A stretch of 64,000 nucleotides of DNA from a bacterium (GCA_965221165.1 CBDCRP010000002.1:128001-192000), one strand, 5' to 3'. Positions 38,916 to 49,694 are shown, counted from the first letter of the stretch. Numbers and translations are program-made. Notes: generated by a model not told the origin, from the sequence alone.

Positions 38916-38965
38916 AGAAGGATTTACGCTTTTCGTGGATTTCCAGGGGCTTCGGGAATGCGTTT

Positions 38966-39865
38966 CTAGGTTTGTTCGAGCGCTTGTTTAACGAGGGGTA
39001 CGATTTCCGAGAATCGCTCCGCGACGAGGACGCCGGCATCTCTCAGCAGTCTTTTCTTGCCCGATGGCGCGCCCCGGCCCCGCTCGATGAGCGCGCCGGT
39101 GTGGCTCACGCTCGCGGGCGTGGGCGAGGTCTCCCAGAATTCACCGGGAATCATCGCCACCACGGGTTTCGTGAACCCGCCCGAGGCGATGAAGCGCGCC
39201 GCTTCTTCTTCCCTGTCCGTGCCCGGTTCGCCGAACATGACGACGGCGCGGGTCTCGGGGTCATCCTCGAACAGGGCGAGCATCTCCACGAATGCCGATC
39301 CGATCAGCAAATCACCGCCTAGAGCCACGTAGGTACTCTGGCCGATACCCGCCCGCGTCAGGAAAAGGCATATCTCAGCCCCCATGCCGCCGCTTCTGCT
39401 CACCACGCCCACGGGCCCGGGGCGGAACATGAGGTCGGGCACCTCGCCGCCCGTGCCGCCGAGCTTCGCCTTGCCGGGGCTCACCATGCCCTGGCTGTTG
39501 GGGCCGATGACGAACGTTCCCATCTCCGCCGCGCGCGTCAAAAGCGCGCAGGCGTCGTGGTGCGGCACGCCCTCTGCGAGAACGTGCACGGTGGGCACGC
39601 CCGCCTCGATGGCTTCCAGAGCCGCCTCGCGCACGAAGCGCGCGGGCACGAACAGCACGGAAAGATCCACCTCATGGTTCTTCAGGGCGTCGGCCACGGC
39701 GCCATAGACCGGCACGCCGCCCACCGACTCGCCCCCTTTACCGGGGGATACGCCCGCCACCACGCGGGTGCCGTAGTCCGTCATGGTGGGCAAAAGACGC
39801 CTCGCCTCGGCCCCCGTGGCTCCCTGCACGAGCACCCGGGTTTCTGAATCCAGCAAAATGCTCAA
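38966..39865 (-). CDS. CoA ligase alpha subunit (SucD/ACL-like)
   Basis: VLVQGATG, YGTRVVAGVSPGKGG, IGPNSQG, VSRSGG, phospho-His in SHTGA. Confidence 0.85.
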   Translation of the reverse strand: MSILLDSETRVLVQGATGAEARRLLPTMTDYGTRVVAGVSPGKGGESVGGVPVYGAVADALKNHEVDLSVLFVPARFVREAALEAIEAGVPTVHVLAEGVPHHDACALLTRAAEMGTFVIGPNSQGMVSPGKAKLGGTGGEVPDLMFRPGPVGVVSRSGGMGAEICLFLTRAGIGQSTYVALGGDLLIGSAFVEMLALFEDDPETRAVVMFGEPGTDREEEAARFIASGGFTKPVVAMIPGEFWETSPTPASVSHTGALIERGRGAPSGKKRLLRDAGVLVAERFSEIVPLVKQALEQT

Positions 39866-41076
39866 CTTTCATCGCTCCCGTAAACGCGCGCCACGATCCT
39901 CTTGGCCAGGTCTTCTATCGACGCCTCATCCTCGTGCCATTCCACGCCCGGAACCTCGGCGATGAGTCTTCTGGCCTCCTCCACTCCCGGACCTGCGTAG
40001 CGGATGATGACGGGAAATTTATCGTAATCTAAGTCCGCTTCCTTGAGGGCGCGCACCACGCCCGCCACTTTAATATCCACGCGCGTGAAATTGCTCACGT
40101 TCCCCGCCAGAAGCAATCCCTTGATGCCGGGTTTTGAGAGCACCGCCTTCACCGCCTGGCGCATTTTCTCCTCGTAGCGTCCGGGCGTGATGTCGAACGT
40201 GGTGGCCGGCTTGCCGCCTGAGTCCAAAAGGGCTTCGAGGCTCGAAAGTCCGTAGCCGCCTCCGGTGACCATGAAGCCGATGTCGCCGTCGAGTTCGCTG
40301 AAGCGAATCGCGCCCACGTGGGGGTCGATGGCGTCTATCTCGCGCATTCTCATTTCTAACAGGGTGAAGGGCCGCCAGCCGTTTCCGCCCTCCACGCCCA
40401 GCTTGGCCTCAAGCTCCGGGTGGCGGAAAAGCGCCTGCGCGTCGAGCTGCACCACGCCCGCGGCCGCCGCCACGCGGCCATCGGCCAGCTCCGCCAGCGG
40501 GTTCACCTCTATCATCTCGCAGTCATGGGCGCAGAAGACTCCGTACATCGCGCACACCGCGCGGCCGACCTGGCTTGCCAGATCACCCGAAAGACCTGCG
40601 CGACCCACCAGTTCGAGAGCGTCTTCGACCGTAAATCCCTCCAAGATGTTCACGGGCCATTCGAGCAGTTTGTCGGGGTGATGTTCTGCCAATTCTTCGA
40701 CGTCCACGCCGCCCTCTGCGCTGAAGAGAATGAGCGGGCATTTTCTCTTCGCATCGAAGGAGATGGAGCAGAAGATTTCGCGCTTGATGTCGAGCGCTTC
40801 CATCACGATGAATTTTTTGACGGGAAAGCGCCGCACTTCCATCCCGAGAATCGCTTCGGCGTGTTCGCGGGCCTCTGACGCCTGCGCGGCGAATTTCACC
40901 GCGCCCGCCTTGCCTCGTTTGCCGACAGGCACGAGCGCCTTGATGACGGCGCGCCCGCCCAGGCGATCGAGGGCGCGGGCGGCTTCTTCCGCCTCCGTGC
41001 AAACCTCGAAACGAGGAACGAGGAGGCCGCCTTCGCCCAGCAGCGTCAGGGAATCGTTTTCCAGAAGGCGGGACAA
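39862..41076 (-). CDS. CoA ligase beta subunit (ATP-grasp; SucC/citryl-CoA synthetase-like)
   Basis: TTG start after GGAGG; KRGKAGAVK, EGGVDVEE, EVNPL, ALFRHP, GNVSNFTRVD. Confidence 0.85.
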   Translation of the reverse strand: MSRLLENDSLTLLGEGGLLVPRFEVCTEAEEAARALDRLGGRAVIKALVPVGKRGKAGAVKFAAQASEAREHAEAILGMEVRRFPVKKFIVMEALDIKREIFCSISFDAKRKCPLILFSAEGGVDVEELAEHHPDKLLEWPVNILEGFTVEDALELVGRAGLSGDLASQVGRAVCAMYGVFCAHDCEMIEVNPLAELADGRVAAAAGVVQLDAQALFRHPELEAKLGVEGGNGWRPFTLLEMRMREIDAIDPHVGAIRFSELDGDIGFMVTGGGYGLSSLEALLDSGGKPATTFDITPGRYEEKMRQAVKAVLSKPGIKGLLLAGNVSNFTRVDIKVAGVVRALKEADLDYDKFPVIIRYAGPGVEEARRLIAEVPGVEWHEDEASIEDLAKRIVARVYGSDES

Positions 41077-41280
41077 GTGCGGCCTCCATCCGAGGAGCGT
41101 TCGTTTTTGCGCGAAAACCTGCAAGGCGAACAATTGCTAGCATCTAGGGCTTTTGGCGTCAAGATTTGCGGGGAAAAAGCGCGAATTGGCGGATACACCG
41201 CTTGCGAAAGTATCCTGATCCGCTAGAATCATCCCATAGGTAAAACTTGTTTCTCTGTCATTTCAACGGAGGGGGATTTT

Positions 41281-42276
41281 ATGCGCATCCACAAAAAACT
41301 GATCGTAGCAACTGCCGTTTTCGCCGTGGCCGGCTTCGTCGCCTCTTTGGCGAGCGCCGCCACCAACATCACCATCGTCGGAGCGGGCAAGGGCGCGGGC
41401 GCGTTCCGCATGGCGGCGGGTCTCGCCGAGGCCGTGAACAAGACGAGCAAGACCGTCAACGTCACCAACCGCGAGTCGAAGGGCTTCGTCGCCAACACCC
41501 GCCTCGTCGCCAGCGGCCGCTCCGAGATCGGGATGACGAACGGGATTTTCGTCGACTTCATCCAGCGCAAACAAAAACCCTTCCACAAGGGCAAGGCGAT
41601 GAAGACCATCCGGGGGATCGGCCCCGTGTCGACCTCCTGGTTCCAGGTGACGACGTTCCACAAGTCCGGCATCAAGAGCTACAACGATCTCGCCGGCAAG
41701 CGCGTGAACATGGGACCAAGGGGAAGTTCCACGCTGTTCATGATGAAGTTCATCACCGACAACCTCGGGATCACCGACAAGATCCGCAAGGACTACATGG
41801 GCTGGGCCGCCGCCGCCACCAACATGATCGACGGCAAGCTCGACGCCTTCGGCATCCCGAACCCGGTTCCCTCGCCCTCGATTCTGCGCGCCTCGCGCAG
41901 CGGCCCGCTCCGCATCCTGAGCATTCCCGACAAGGTGCGCGACAAGTTCGTCGCCCTGAGTTCGGGCTACTACAAGGACAACAAGGACGCCAGCCCCTAC
42001 CAGGGGATGAAGGGCAAGAAGTTCAAGACGGTCGCCTACACCATCTTCGCCGTGGCGAACGAAAAGGTTCCCAACGACGTCATCTACGAGGTGACGCGGC
42101 GGGTGTATGACAAGGCGAACCGCGACTTCCTGATCAACGTCTTCAAGGGCTGGAAGATCGGGCTGGACTTCGCCGCCAAATCGGATGAGTTCATCAAGCA
42201 GATGGGCAGCTTCAAATTGAAGGTCCACCCCGGCGCCGCACGCTACTGGAAGGCGAAGGGTTATATGGTCAACTAG
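41281..42276 (+). CDS. TAXI family TRAP solute-binding protein
   Basis: Signal peptide; ESKGFVAN; DLAGKRVNMGPRGS; HPGAARY. Confidence 0.9.
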   Translation: MRIHKKLIVATAVFAVAGFVASLASAATNITIVGAGKGAGAFRMAAGLAEAVNKTSKTVNVTNRESKGFVANTRLVASGRSEIGMTNGIFVDFIQRKQKPFHKGKAMKTIRGIGPVSTSWFQVTTFHKSGIKSYNDLAGKRVNMGPRGSSTLFMMKFITDNLGITDKIRKDYMGWAAAATNMIDGKLDAFGIPNPVPSPSILRASRSGPLRILSIPDKVRDKFVALSSGYYKDNKDASPYQGMKGKKFKTVAYTIFAVANEKVPNDVIYEVTRRVYDKANRDFLINVFKGWKIGLDFAAKSDEFIKQMGSFKLKVHPGAARYWKAKGYMVN

Positions 42277-42366
42277 GCGTTTCCCGGATTCGTAGATTCC
42301 CCCGGAGGGCGACCGCCTTCCGGGGGGTCTGGTTGAAGCGTCACAATCGAAATCGGGTGAGAAAGG

Positions 42367-44979
42367 GTGGCGATGGGGAAGTTTTTCGATTTTCTCTGGG
42401 GGTGGATGCGGTTCATCTTCGCCCCGGAGTCGGCCATCCGCCGGGATATCGAGCCCGGCCTCCAGAAAAAAAACATACCCGTCTGTGTGTTTCTCTCCTG
42501 TCTTCTTCTCGCTTACATCCTTTTCTTCGCCGGAAGAACGTACAATCTCTACCTCCCTTATGAGATAGCCTGGGAGTGGCAGGAGGTCGAATTCCCCGCT
42601 CTCGAGTTCTGGCTCTACGCCCTCATTTGGCTCTACGTGTCGGGCCTGTGCATTCTGCCGAGGGCGGCAATCCTGCTCTCCTCGTTCGTGTTCGCCGCCT
42701 ATTTTCTCTATGGCGCCGCGAACAGGGCCCCGGTGGATTTCGGCCTGGGCTTCGGCGAGGTCATCGTCTACGTCCTCTCCCCGCTCCTCACGGCAGGGAT
42801 GGAGAAATCCCTTTCGGCGATATGGGAGACGCTCCACTTCCCGGGGCTGGCCATCTATGCGTTTCATTTCTATCTGCCCCTGTACGTGATCTTCACCGCC
42901 ATCCTGACGTTCATCTTTTATCCCGCGCGGGCGGGCGCTCCGACGAGGCGGCCCTCCGCCGTGGACCTCCTGCTGTGCGCGGGCGTGGTCGTCTTCACGG
43001 TGGAATACATCATGAACTTCGCCGACAGGGGAGACCGGGCGGGTCTCGTCCTTTGGACGGACGTCGCCATGGGAACCATCGCCGTCATCGTCTCGATCGA
43101 AATGTGCCGCCGGGTGCTGGGCTGGGTGCTACCGCTGCTGGGTCTCTTTTTCTTCTACTACGCCATGTACGGCAACTATTTCCCGGGCAGGCTACTGCAC
43201 AAGGGGTTTTCCTATAACGAGGTCGTGAACTTCATATACGGGACGTCCGGCATCTTCGGCGTCATCGCCAACGTGTATGCGAGTTATGTGTTCCTGTTCA
43301 TCCTGTTCGGCGTCTTTCTCGAAAAGACGAAAGTCGGCGACGTGTTCATCGACCTCTCCTACGCTCTGGTGGGCCGTCTGCGCGGAGGAGCCGCCAAGGC
43401 GTCGGTCGTGTCGAGCGGCTTGGTGGGCTCGGTGGTGGGAAGCGGGGCGGCGAACATCGTCATCACCGGAACTTTTACGATTCCGCTCATGAAGCGCGCG
43501 GGCTACAAACCCCACTACGCGGCTGCGGTCGAGGCGGTCTCCTCGATAGGCGGCCACCTGCTTCCGCCCATCATGGGCTCGGCGGCCTTTCTCGTGGCGG
43601 CGTTCACCGAGACGGACTACGGGTGGATAGCGCTCATATCGCTCGTGCCCGCGCTGATGTACTACTTCTCGGTCTACATGTCGGTTCACTTCCGCTCGGG
43701 GCTGGACGGCATCCACGGCCTCTCGAAAGAAGAACTGCCCGAACTGCTGCCCCTGCTGAAAAAAGACGGCTACCTGCTGCTGCCGGTGGCGCTGCTCATC
43801 TGCCGACTCATCATCGGGCGCTCGCCCTTCGACGCCGCGCTGTGGTCCATCATCCTGGCGATGGTTCTGGGATTTTTCCGCGAGGACACCCGCCTGCTGG
43901 CCCTGCCGCCCGTTCTCGCGCGCCTCATTGGCCGGCCCGGGTGGAGCACCCGCAACGACAGGCTCGAATACCAGGCCACGAATCACCTTAAAAAACTCAT
44001 GGTGTCGGGCAAGAGCCTGGAAGATGCCGACTCCGAGGCGGCCGCCTACCTGGAAGCGGCGAAGGCCGAACCCGACGGTAACCCGCTGATGGAGAACTGG
44101 CCGCTGCTCGCCGGGCTGGGGCTTTTGATCGTTCTCCCGATGGCGGGGCATACCATATTCGAGGCGGTTTTCTGGGCGGTGCTCGCGGCGGCGATGCTCT
44201 CTTCCCCGCGCGTTCTCGACGGGCTCGAAAGAGGGGCCGTCAACTCGCTCATCATCGGCGTGACGGCGGGCGTCATGGGTATCGTGCTCGCAGGCGTGTC
44301 GATGCCCGGCCTCGGCATCAAGTTCTCCTCGATCATCCTGGGCTACGCGTCCTTCCTCGACAACGCCTTCGGCATCACCGGAACCGCGCTTCCGGTGGCG
44401 ATTCTGCTGTGCACCGTCGCCAGCTACATCATGGGGATGGGCATGACGATCACGGCGAGCTACGTGCTACTCTCGATTCTCGCCGTGCCGGCGCTGGTGG
44501 AACTCGGCGTCCCGCTGCTGAGCGCGCACCTGATGATCCTGTGGCTGAGCCAGGACGCCTCGCTCACGCCGCCCTTCGCCCTGGGCGCGTTCATCGCAGC
44601 GGGCGTGGCGGGCGCAGACCCGATGCGCACCGGCTTCGCCTCGCTCAAGCTCGGCAAGGCGCTCTATATCGTCCCCTTCATGATGGCTTACACCCCGATC
44701 AACATGACGCCGGGCTCGGAGTGGTTCGACATCCTCGTCGTATGGGGAACCGGCTTCATGGGCTTTTTCTGCACCTCGGCGTCGCTCGAGGGCTACATGC
44801 GGAGAAAGCTGGAAATTTGGGAGCGAATCGTCTTCGCCCTGGCGGGTGGTCTGCTGTTCTTCTACGTGGCCTGGATGAAGATAACGGGCGCGCTCATCAT
44901 GGCCGTCATGATCGCCATCCAATACATGGACCCGAAGGACGAGAAGAAACTTTCCGCAAGCCCCGTGGCGTCCTCCTGA
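42367..44979 (+). CDS. TRAP (TAXI) fused 4TM/12TM permease
   Basis: RGGAAK, ANIVITGTFTIPLMKR, PPIMGSAAF, GMGM, TPP, AGADPMRT. Confidence 0.92.
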   Translation: MAMGKFFDFLWGWMRFIFAPESAIRRDIEPGLQKKNIPVCVFLSCLLLAYILFFAGRTYNLYLPYEIAWEWQEVEFPALEFWLYALIWLYVSGLCILPRAAILLSSFVFAAYFLYGAANRAPVDFGLGFGEVIVYVLSPLLTAGMEKSLSAIWETLHFPGLAIYAFHFYLPLYVIFTAILTFIFYPARAGAPTRRPSAVDLLLCAGVVVFTVEYIMNFADRGDRAGLVLWTDVAMGTIAVIVSIEMCRRVLGWVLPLLGLFFFYYAMYGNYFPGRLLHKGFSYNEVVNFIYGTSGIFGVIANVYASYVFLFILFGVFLEKTKVGDVFIDLSYALVGRLRGGAAKASVVSSGLVGSVVGSGAANIVITGTFTIPLMKRAGYKPHYAAAVEAVSSIGGHLLPPIMGSAAFLVAAFTETDYGWIALISLVPALMYYFSVYMSVHFRSGLDGIHGLSKEELPELLPLLKKDGYLLLPVALLICRLIIGRSPFDAALWSIILAMVLGFFREDTRLLALPPVLARLIGRPGWSTRNDRLEYQATNHLKKLMVSGKSLEDADSEAAAYLEAAKAEPDGNPLMENWPLLAGLGLLIVLPMAGHTIFEAVFWAVLAAAMLSSPRVLDGLERGAVNSLIIGVTAGVMGIVLAGVSMPGLGIKFSSIILGYASFLDNAFGITGTALPVAILLCTVASYIMGMGMTITASYVLLSILAVPALVELGVPLLSAHLMILWLSQDASLTPPFALGAFIAAGVAGADPMRTGFASLKLGKALYIVPFMMAYTPINMTPGSEWFDILVVWGTGFMGFFCTSASLEGYMRRKLEIWERIVFALAGGLLFFYVAWMKITGALIMAVMIAIQYMDPKDEKKLSASPVASS

Positions 44980-45035
44980 CGTCGACAATACGTCGAAACA
45001 GCTTTAAGAAACATACTTATCTAACTGAAAGAACT

Positions 45036-45974
45036 TTAGTTCGTAAAATAACGATTGAGATATTCCTTCAGCGCGCCGCCGCAGTAGGAACAAGCGAAAT
45101 CCTCCCCGTGCGCGGCGCTCAGGCGCTCTGCGAAGCCTCCTATCCCCCAGACGCCCCTGAATTCATCGAACAGACGCCTTCCGTCGGGATCGGGCCGGTT
45201 GATGCCCGCAAAGTCGCTGCCCAGCACCACCTGATGGGCGGCGACTTCGGCCAGAAACTCTATTTCCTCCATATGACGCTCGAACGCGCCCACGAACCCC
45301 GGGTGCGGCGTGAGGCCGATGAGCGCGCCCGTCTCGAGGAGCCTCCTGGCCATATCTCGCGGAAGCCCCCGCTCGCCGTAAAAAGATGAAACCGGATCGT
45401 CCAGATACCCGTGTGAGTAGTGCATCTCCTGTCCGGTGACGAGGGCCAGATCGATCATGTCCGATTTCGTCCGGTGGTTCGCGTGCGCGCAATCCACCAT
45501 GAAACCCATCCGCCAGGCCTGCATCAAGAAAGCGCGGCCCAGGGGGGTGAGGCCGCGCGCGGGGTCTCCCTTGGCCCCGCCGCCCAGCGCGTTGTCCTCG
45601 TTGTAAAGCGGCGCGACGCTCCGCACGCCCTCCGCCCACAACCATTCGAGGTGTTTCAGATCACTTTCGCTCTCGATGAAATAGACGCCTTCCGCGTGTA
45701 TCAACTGCCTCCCCACGCCTTCCAGGTCCTTTCGTGTGAGGACGACGCTTAGACCCTCCGATTCCCGAATCAGCCCCAAATCACGCTCAAGCGCATCGAA
45801 TTGCGCCTCTTGCGGCGCATCAGCCAGCCTGCCCAGGGCCGAGAACACCCCGCCCAGTTTCCCAGCCGTGGGGATGTCTATCTGCTCGGTGATGTAGGCG
45901 TCTTCAACGGACGAATCGGCCAGAAAGCGCAAATCGGTGTGAAAATCCCAAACGTCCTTGAACTCTATCGGCAT
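45036..45974 (-). CDS. membrane dipeptidase (M19)-like amidohydrolase
   Basis: DFHTD, EG, GLTPLG, VDCAH, YSHG, LGSDF. Confidence 0.8.
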   Translation of the reverse strand: MPIEFKDVWDFHTDLRFLADSSVEDAYITEQIDIPTAGKLGGVFSALGRLADAPQEAQFDALERDLGLIRESEGLSVVLTRKDLEGVGRQLIHAEGVYFIESESDLKHLEWLWAEGVRSVAPLYNEDNALGGGAKGDPARGLTPLGRAFLMQAWRMGFMVDCAHANHRTKSDMIDLALVTGQEMHYSHGYLDDPVSSFYGERGLPRDMARRLLETGALIGLTPHPGFVGAFERHMEEIEFLAEVAAHQVVLGSDFAGINRPDPDGRRLFDEFRGVWGIGGFAERLSAAHGEDFACSYCGGALKEYLNRYFTN

Positions 45975-46114
45975 CCGCGTCTTCTCCCGGAATCAGGGTC
46001 GGGGCATTTTTCCGGCTCAAAACGTCATCATAACATGCGGGAGTCGGGGTCCGCCTTTGCGCTCTCACCGAAGCTCGCATAGGCTGTCGGCTTTATTTTC
46101 AGGGAGGATGTTTC

Positions 46115-46903
46115 ATGTCGACGAGGAAACCTTTGGTGCTGGTCGAGCGCGACGGCCCGCTCGCCACGCTCACGCTCAACCGCCCTGAAAAAAGAAACGC
46201 CATCAATACGGAGATGACAGACCAGGCGAAATCGGCGATGGCCGAGCTTGCGGGAGTGGATGATTTGCGCGTCCTGATAATAGAGGGCGCGGGCAGCGTA
46301 TTCTCCGCCGGGGCCGACGTGGTCGAAATGGGCGCGTTGAGCGAAGAAACCGCACGCGCCTTCATCTCGAACCTGCATTCCCTCATCATCAGCGTGCGCA
46401 AATTCCCGCATCCGGTCGTCTGCAAGTGCCGGGGATACGTTCTGGGCGGCGCGCTGGAGTTGATACTCGGCTGTGATTTCCGGGTCGCCGCGAACGATAC
46501 GAAATTTGGTATGCCCGAGGTGAGGGTCGGCGTGCCCTCCGTCATCGAAGCGGCGCTGTTCCTGCCCTTTTGCGGTCTGGGTGCCGCGCAGGACATTCTC
46601 CTGACCGGCAGGACGTTCGACGCGCGCGAAGCGCATCGTCTGGGAATCATTCAGAGGATATGCCCGCCGGCAGACCTGGAAGAAACGACGCGAAAGGCCG
46701 TCGCGGAACTTCTCCAGGCCGCTCCTGGTGCTCTCAGCGCCCAGAAAGAGCTCTTGAGGCGATGGATGAAAAACTATCTCGATGCCGCGGTTCCGCCTTC
46801 CATCGACGCCTTCGAGGCTTCATTTCGAACCGGCGAACCACAAGAGGGCATGGCCGCGGCGCATGAGAAGCGTCCCCCCGCCTGGGCGCCCGGGGAAGGA
46901 TAA
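46115..46903 (+). CDS. enoyl-CoA hydratase/isomerase family protein
   Basis: LNRPEKRNA, FSAGAD, GGALEL..CD, FGMPEV. Confidence 0.92.
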   Translation: MSTRKPLVLVERDGPLATLTLNRPEKRNAINTEMTDQAKSAMAELAGVDDLRVLIIEGAGSVFSAGADVVEMGALSEETARAFISNLHSLIISVRKFPHPVVCKCRGYVLGGALELILGCDFRVAANDTKFGMPEVRVGVPSVIEAALFLPFCGLGAAQDILLTGRTFDAREAHRLGIIQRICPPADLEETTRKAVAELLQAAPGALSAQKELLRRWMKNYLDAAVPPSIDAFEASFRTGEPQEGMAAAHEKRPPAWAPGEG

Positions 46904-47048
46904 GACTCGAGAGAAAACGCACCCTCGTCCCTGCGGTGGCGTTCGCTCATTCCTTGTGGCATCTTCAATCCTCTCGTTGGACACTGATGCGGCGTATGGC
47001 GTATCGCTTCCAGGCGCCACACGAGAACCGCTGGGGTGAGACAGGAGA

Positions 47049-47384
47049 ATGAAGGTGACGGAAGACGAGGCGCTGATCGAGCGGATACGCCCGATTCTCA
47101 AACGCCGCAAGGGATTTTCCGAAAAGCGGATGTTCGGCGGCGTGTGCTTCATGATCAACGGCAACATGTGCGCCGGCACGTGGAAGGGCGCGCTCATCGT
47201 TCGGCTCGCCAGGGAGAATCACGAGGCGACGCTCGCAGAACCGCACACGAAGCCGGCCGACATGGCGGGCCGCGTGATGAAGGGCTGGGCGCTGGTCGAA
47301 CCGGCGGGGATTGCGACCGAAGACGCCCTCAAGGCCTGGGTGCGCCGGGCGGCGAAGTTCGCCGGCTCGCTTCCGCCCAAGTGA
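47049..47384 (+). CDS. TfoX/Sxy N-terminal domain protein
   Basis: EKRMFGGVCFMINGNM...MKGW...SLPPK. Confidence 0.88.
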   Translation: MKVTEDEALIERIRPILKRRKGFSEKRMFGGVCFMINGNMCAGTWKGALIVRLARENHEATLAEPHTKPADMAGRVMKGWALVEPAGIATEDALKAWVRRAAKFAGSLPPK

Positions 47385-47452
47385 GGTATGGCATAGCGCC
47401 TCTTGTACGCTTGTTTCATGGCGCATGGATTCACTCTCATGAAGGATGAGGA

Positions 47453-48448
47453 ATGAAAGCAATAACCGTACAGGGAGACGCCGGAATCGAAGGACTGGTA
47501 TACGGCGAGGTGCCCACGCCCGAACCGGGAGAGGGCGAAGTGCGCGTGAAACTCCTGGCCTCGGGCATCAACCACATCGACGTCTACCAGTGCACCCCCG
47601 CCATGGTGCGCCACGAAAAGCCTCACACCATGGGGGCGGACGGCGCGGGCGTCGTGGATAAGGCGGGACCGGGAGCGCGCTTAAAGCCGGGCAATGAAGT
47701 CATCCTCGACCCCAACCTGGGCGACCCCACCCAGCCTGGCTACGGCCTCGTGGGCGCGCAATGTGCGGGCACGCATGCGGAGTTCATCGTGTTGCCGGAG
47801 AAGAATTTCTTCCCGAAGCCTGAGAATTTGACGTTCGAGGAAGCGGCGGCGCTTCCCCTGGCCCTATGCACGGCCTATCGCCAGCTCATCCGCCGCGCGC
47901 GGCTTACAGCGGGCGAGAGCGTGCTCATACACGGGGTGGGAGGCGGCGTCATGCTCTATTGCCTGCAACTAGCGGCGCAAGCGGGGGCTTTTTCCATCGT
48001 CACCTCATCGAGTGAGGAAAAGCTCAAGACCGCCAAAGGCCTGGGCGCCGACGTCTGCATCAACTACAAGACGACCGACGTCGCCCGGGCCGTGATGGAA
48101 GCCACCGGGGGCCGGGGAGCCGACGTGGTGGTCGACAACGTGGGCGCGCCCACCTTCGCGCTGAGTGCCAAATGCGTCGCGCTGAACGGGCGCATCACCA
48201 TCGTGGGCGGGGCCGCGCATCACGTGATCCCGGAGGTGAACCTGCGCGATCTGTTCTTAAAGCAGATCGACATCCACACCTCCACAATGGCGACCCCCGA
48301 TGAATTCAAGGAGGCGATGGCCCTCGCCGCCGAGGGTAAGGTGAAGGCGCACATCGACTCCACATACCCCCTCTCCCGGTTCCGCGAGGCCATCGGGCGC
48401 GTGGCGGAGGGCCGGCAATTCGGGAAAGTGGTGATTACAAGAGATTAG
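47453..48448 (+). CDS. MDR-family (quinone oxidoreductase-like) dehydrogenase
   Basis: GINHID, GADGAGVV, HGVGGGV, QFGKVV. Confidence 0.9.
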   Translation: MKAITVQGDAGIEGLVYGEVPTPEPGEGEVRVKLLASGINHIDVYQCTPAMVRHEKPHTMGADGAGVVDKAGPGARLKPGNEVILDPNLGDPTQPGYGLVGAQCAGTHAEFIVLPEKNFFPKPENLTFEEAAALPLALCTAYRQLIRRARLTAGESVLIHGVGGGVMLYCLQLAAQAGAFSIVTSSSEEKLKTAKGLGADVCINYKTTDVARAVMEATGGRGADVVVDNVGAPTFALSAKCVALNGRITIVGGAAHHVIPEVNLRDLFLKQIDIHTSTMATPDEFKEAMALAAEGKVKAHIDSTYPLSRFREAIGRVAEGRQFGKVVITRD

Positions 48449-48512
48449 GGGCGAGGCGTTTGCGCCTCTCGTTACTTCGCCGATAATTCATCTTTGGAGA
48501 AAGTATAAAAAC

Positions 48513-49661
48513 ATGAAAAGACACATCGCCAGAACCGTCGCCGCGACCTCGGGCGGAGAGCGCGCCGGCTACATGACGGCCAAAAAGCCGCCGGGCATGG
48601 TGCCTCTCGATTCGGGAACGCCCAACTTCCCCACTCCCGGGCACATCACGAATGCCGCCAAGGAAGCGCTCGACCAGGGCCTCACGGGCTATGCGCCGGG
48701 CCAGGGGGACCCGGAGTTTCTCGCAGCCGTATGCGAACACATCGAGCGCGAGGCGAATGCGAAATATGCGCCCGATTCCATCATCGCGACGAACGGCGCC
48801 AGTTCGGGCATCTACGCCGTCATGACGACGTTCCTGGACCCGGGGGATGAAGCCATCCTGATGGACCCCACGTTTTCACTCTACGCCCACGTCGCGCTAC
48901 AGTTAGGAGCCGTCCCCGTCCATGTGCCGCATGATGCGGATTATCAAATCGACGTCGAGGCCGTTCGCCGCGCCGTCACCCCGCGCACGCGCCTGATTTT
49001 CATCAACAACCCGAACAACCCCACGGGCGTGGTCTATCGGCGCGCCGATCTGAAGGCCCTGGTAGAACTCGCCGAGTCGCATGATCTCATGGTCGTATCG
49101 GATGAGGCGTATGCGAAAATCCTGCAGCCCGGCTTCGAGCACGTGCCCCTGCTTTCGTTCACCGAACACAGGGATCGCCTCATCCTTCTCGACACCTTCT
49201 CCAAGACCTATTCGATGACCGGCTGGCGTCTGGGCTTCATGGTAGTTCCGGAGGATTTGCCCCGGACGATGTTCAGCGTGCATCGCTCCATCAACGGGCC
49301 GATCAACACCTTCGTCCAGCGCGCGGGGGCGGCGGCGCTCAGAAACTCCCAGGAATGCGTGGAGGAAATGGCGCGTGAATACCACAAACGGGGCCGCCTG
49401 ATTCATGAAATGGCGCAAGCCATTCCCGGCCTCATTCCCATCCAGCCCCAGGGCGGTTTCTATCAATACTGCCGGTATGAGTACCCTCTTCCCTCGGTCG
49501 AGGTGAGAAAGCGCGTCTGGGAGGCGGGGGCGTCGATTCGCAGCGGTTCGGAGTTCGGCGAGGCGGGGGAAAACCACCTGCGCTTCACCTATTCGGTGGA
49601 TGAAAAAGTGATTGAAAAGGGCATGAAGATCGTGGGCGAGGTATTCCGCCACCTCGGTTGA
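48513..49661 (+). CDS. class I/II PLP-dependent aminotransferase
   Basis: NNPNNPTG, SDEAY, FSKTYSMTGWRLG. Confidence 0.93.
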   Translation: MKRHIARTVAATSGGERAGYMTAKKPPGMVPLDSGTPNFPTPGHITNAAKEALDQGLTGYAPGQGDPEFLAAVCEHIEREANAKYAPDSIIATNGASSGIYAVMTTFLDPGDEAILMDPTFSLYAHVALQLGAVPVHVPHDADYQIDVEAVRRAVTPRTRLIFINNPNNPTGVVYRRADLKALVELAESHDLMVVSDEAYAKILQPGFEHVPLLSFTEHRDRLILLDTFSKTYSMTGWRLGFMVVPEDLPRTMFSVHRSINGPINTFVQRAGAAALRNSQECVEEMAREYHKRGRLIHEMAQAIPGLIPIQPQGGFYQYCRYEYPLPSVEVRKRVWEAGASIRSGSEFGEAGENHLRFTYSVDEKVIEKGMKIVGEVFRHLG

Positions 49662-49694
49662 TCCGCCCACATTTCCAGGGGAAAGGAAATCTCT

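Noticed and set aside
38966-41076. Naming these genes sucC and sucD
   Set aside because: The substrate-loop motifs differ from canonical succinyl-CoA synthetase and the context is not a TCA-cycle operon.
41263-42867. 534-aa minus-strand ORF and similar long antisense ORFs (3704-4675, 43192-44151, 56118-56984 and others)
   Set aside because: These are shadow ORFs opposite well-supported genes, expected from codon bias, and contain no recognisable motifs.
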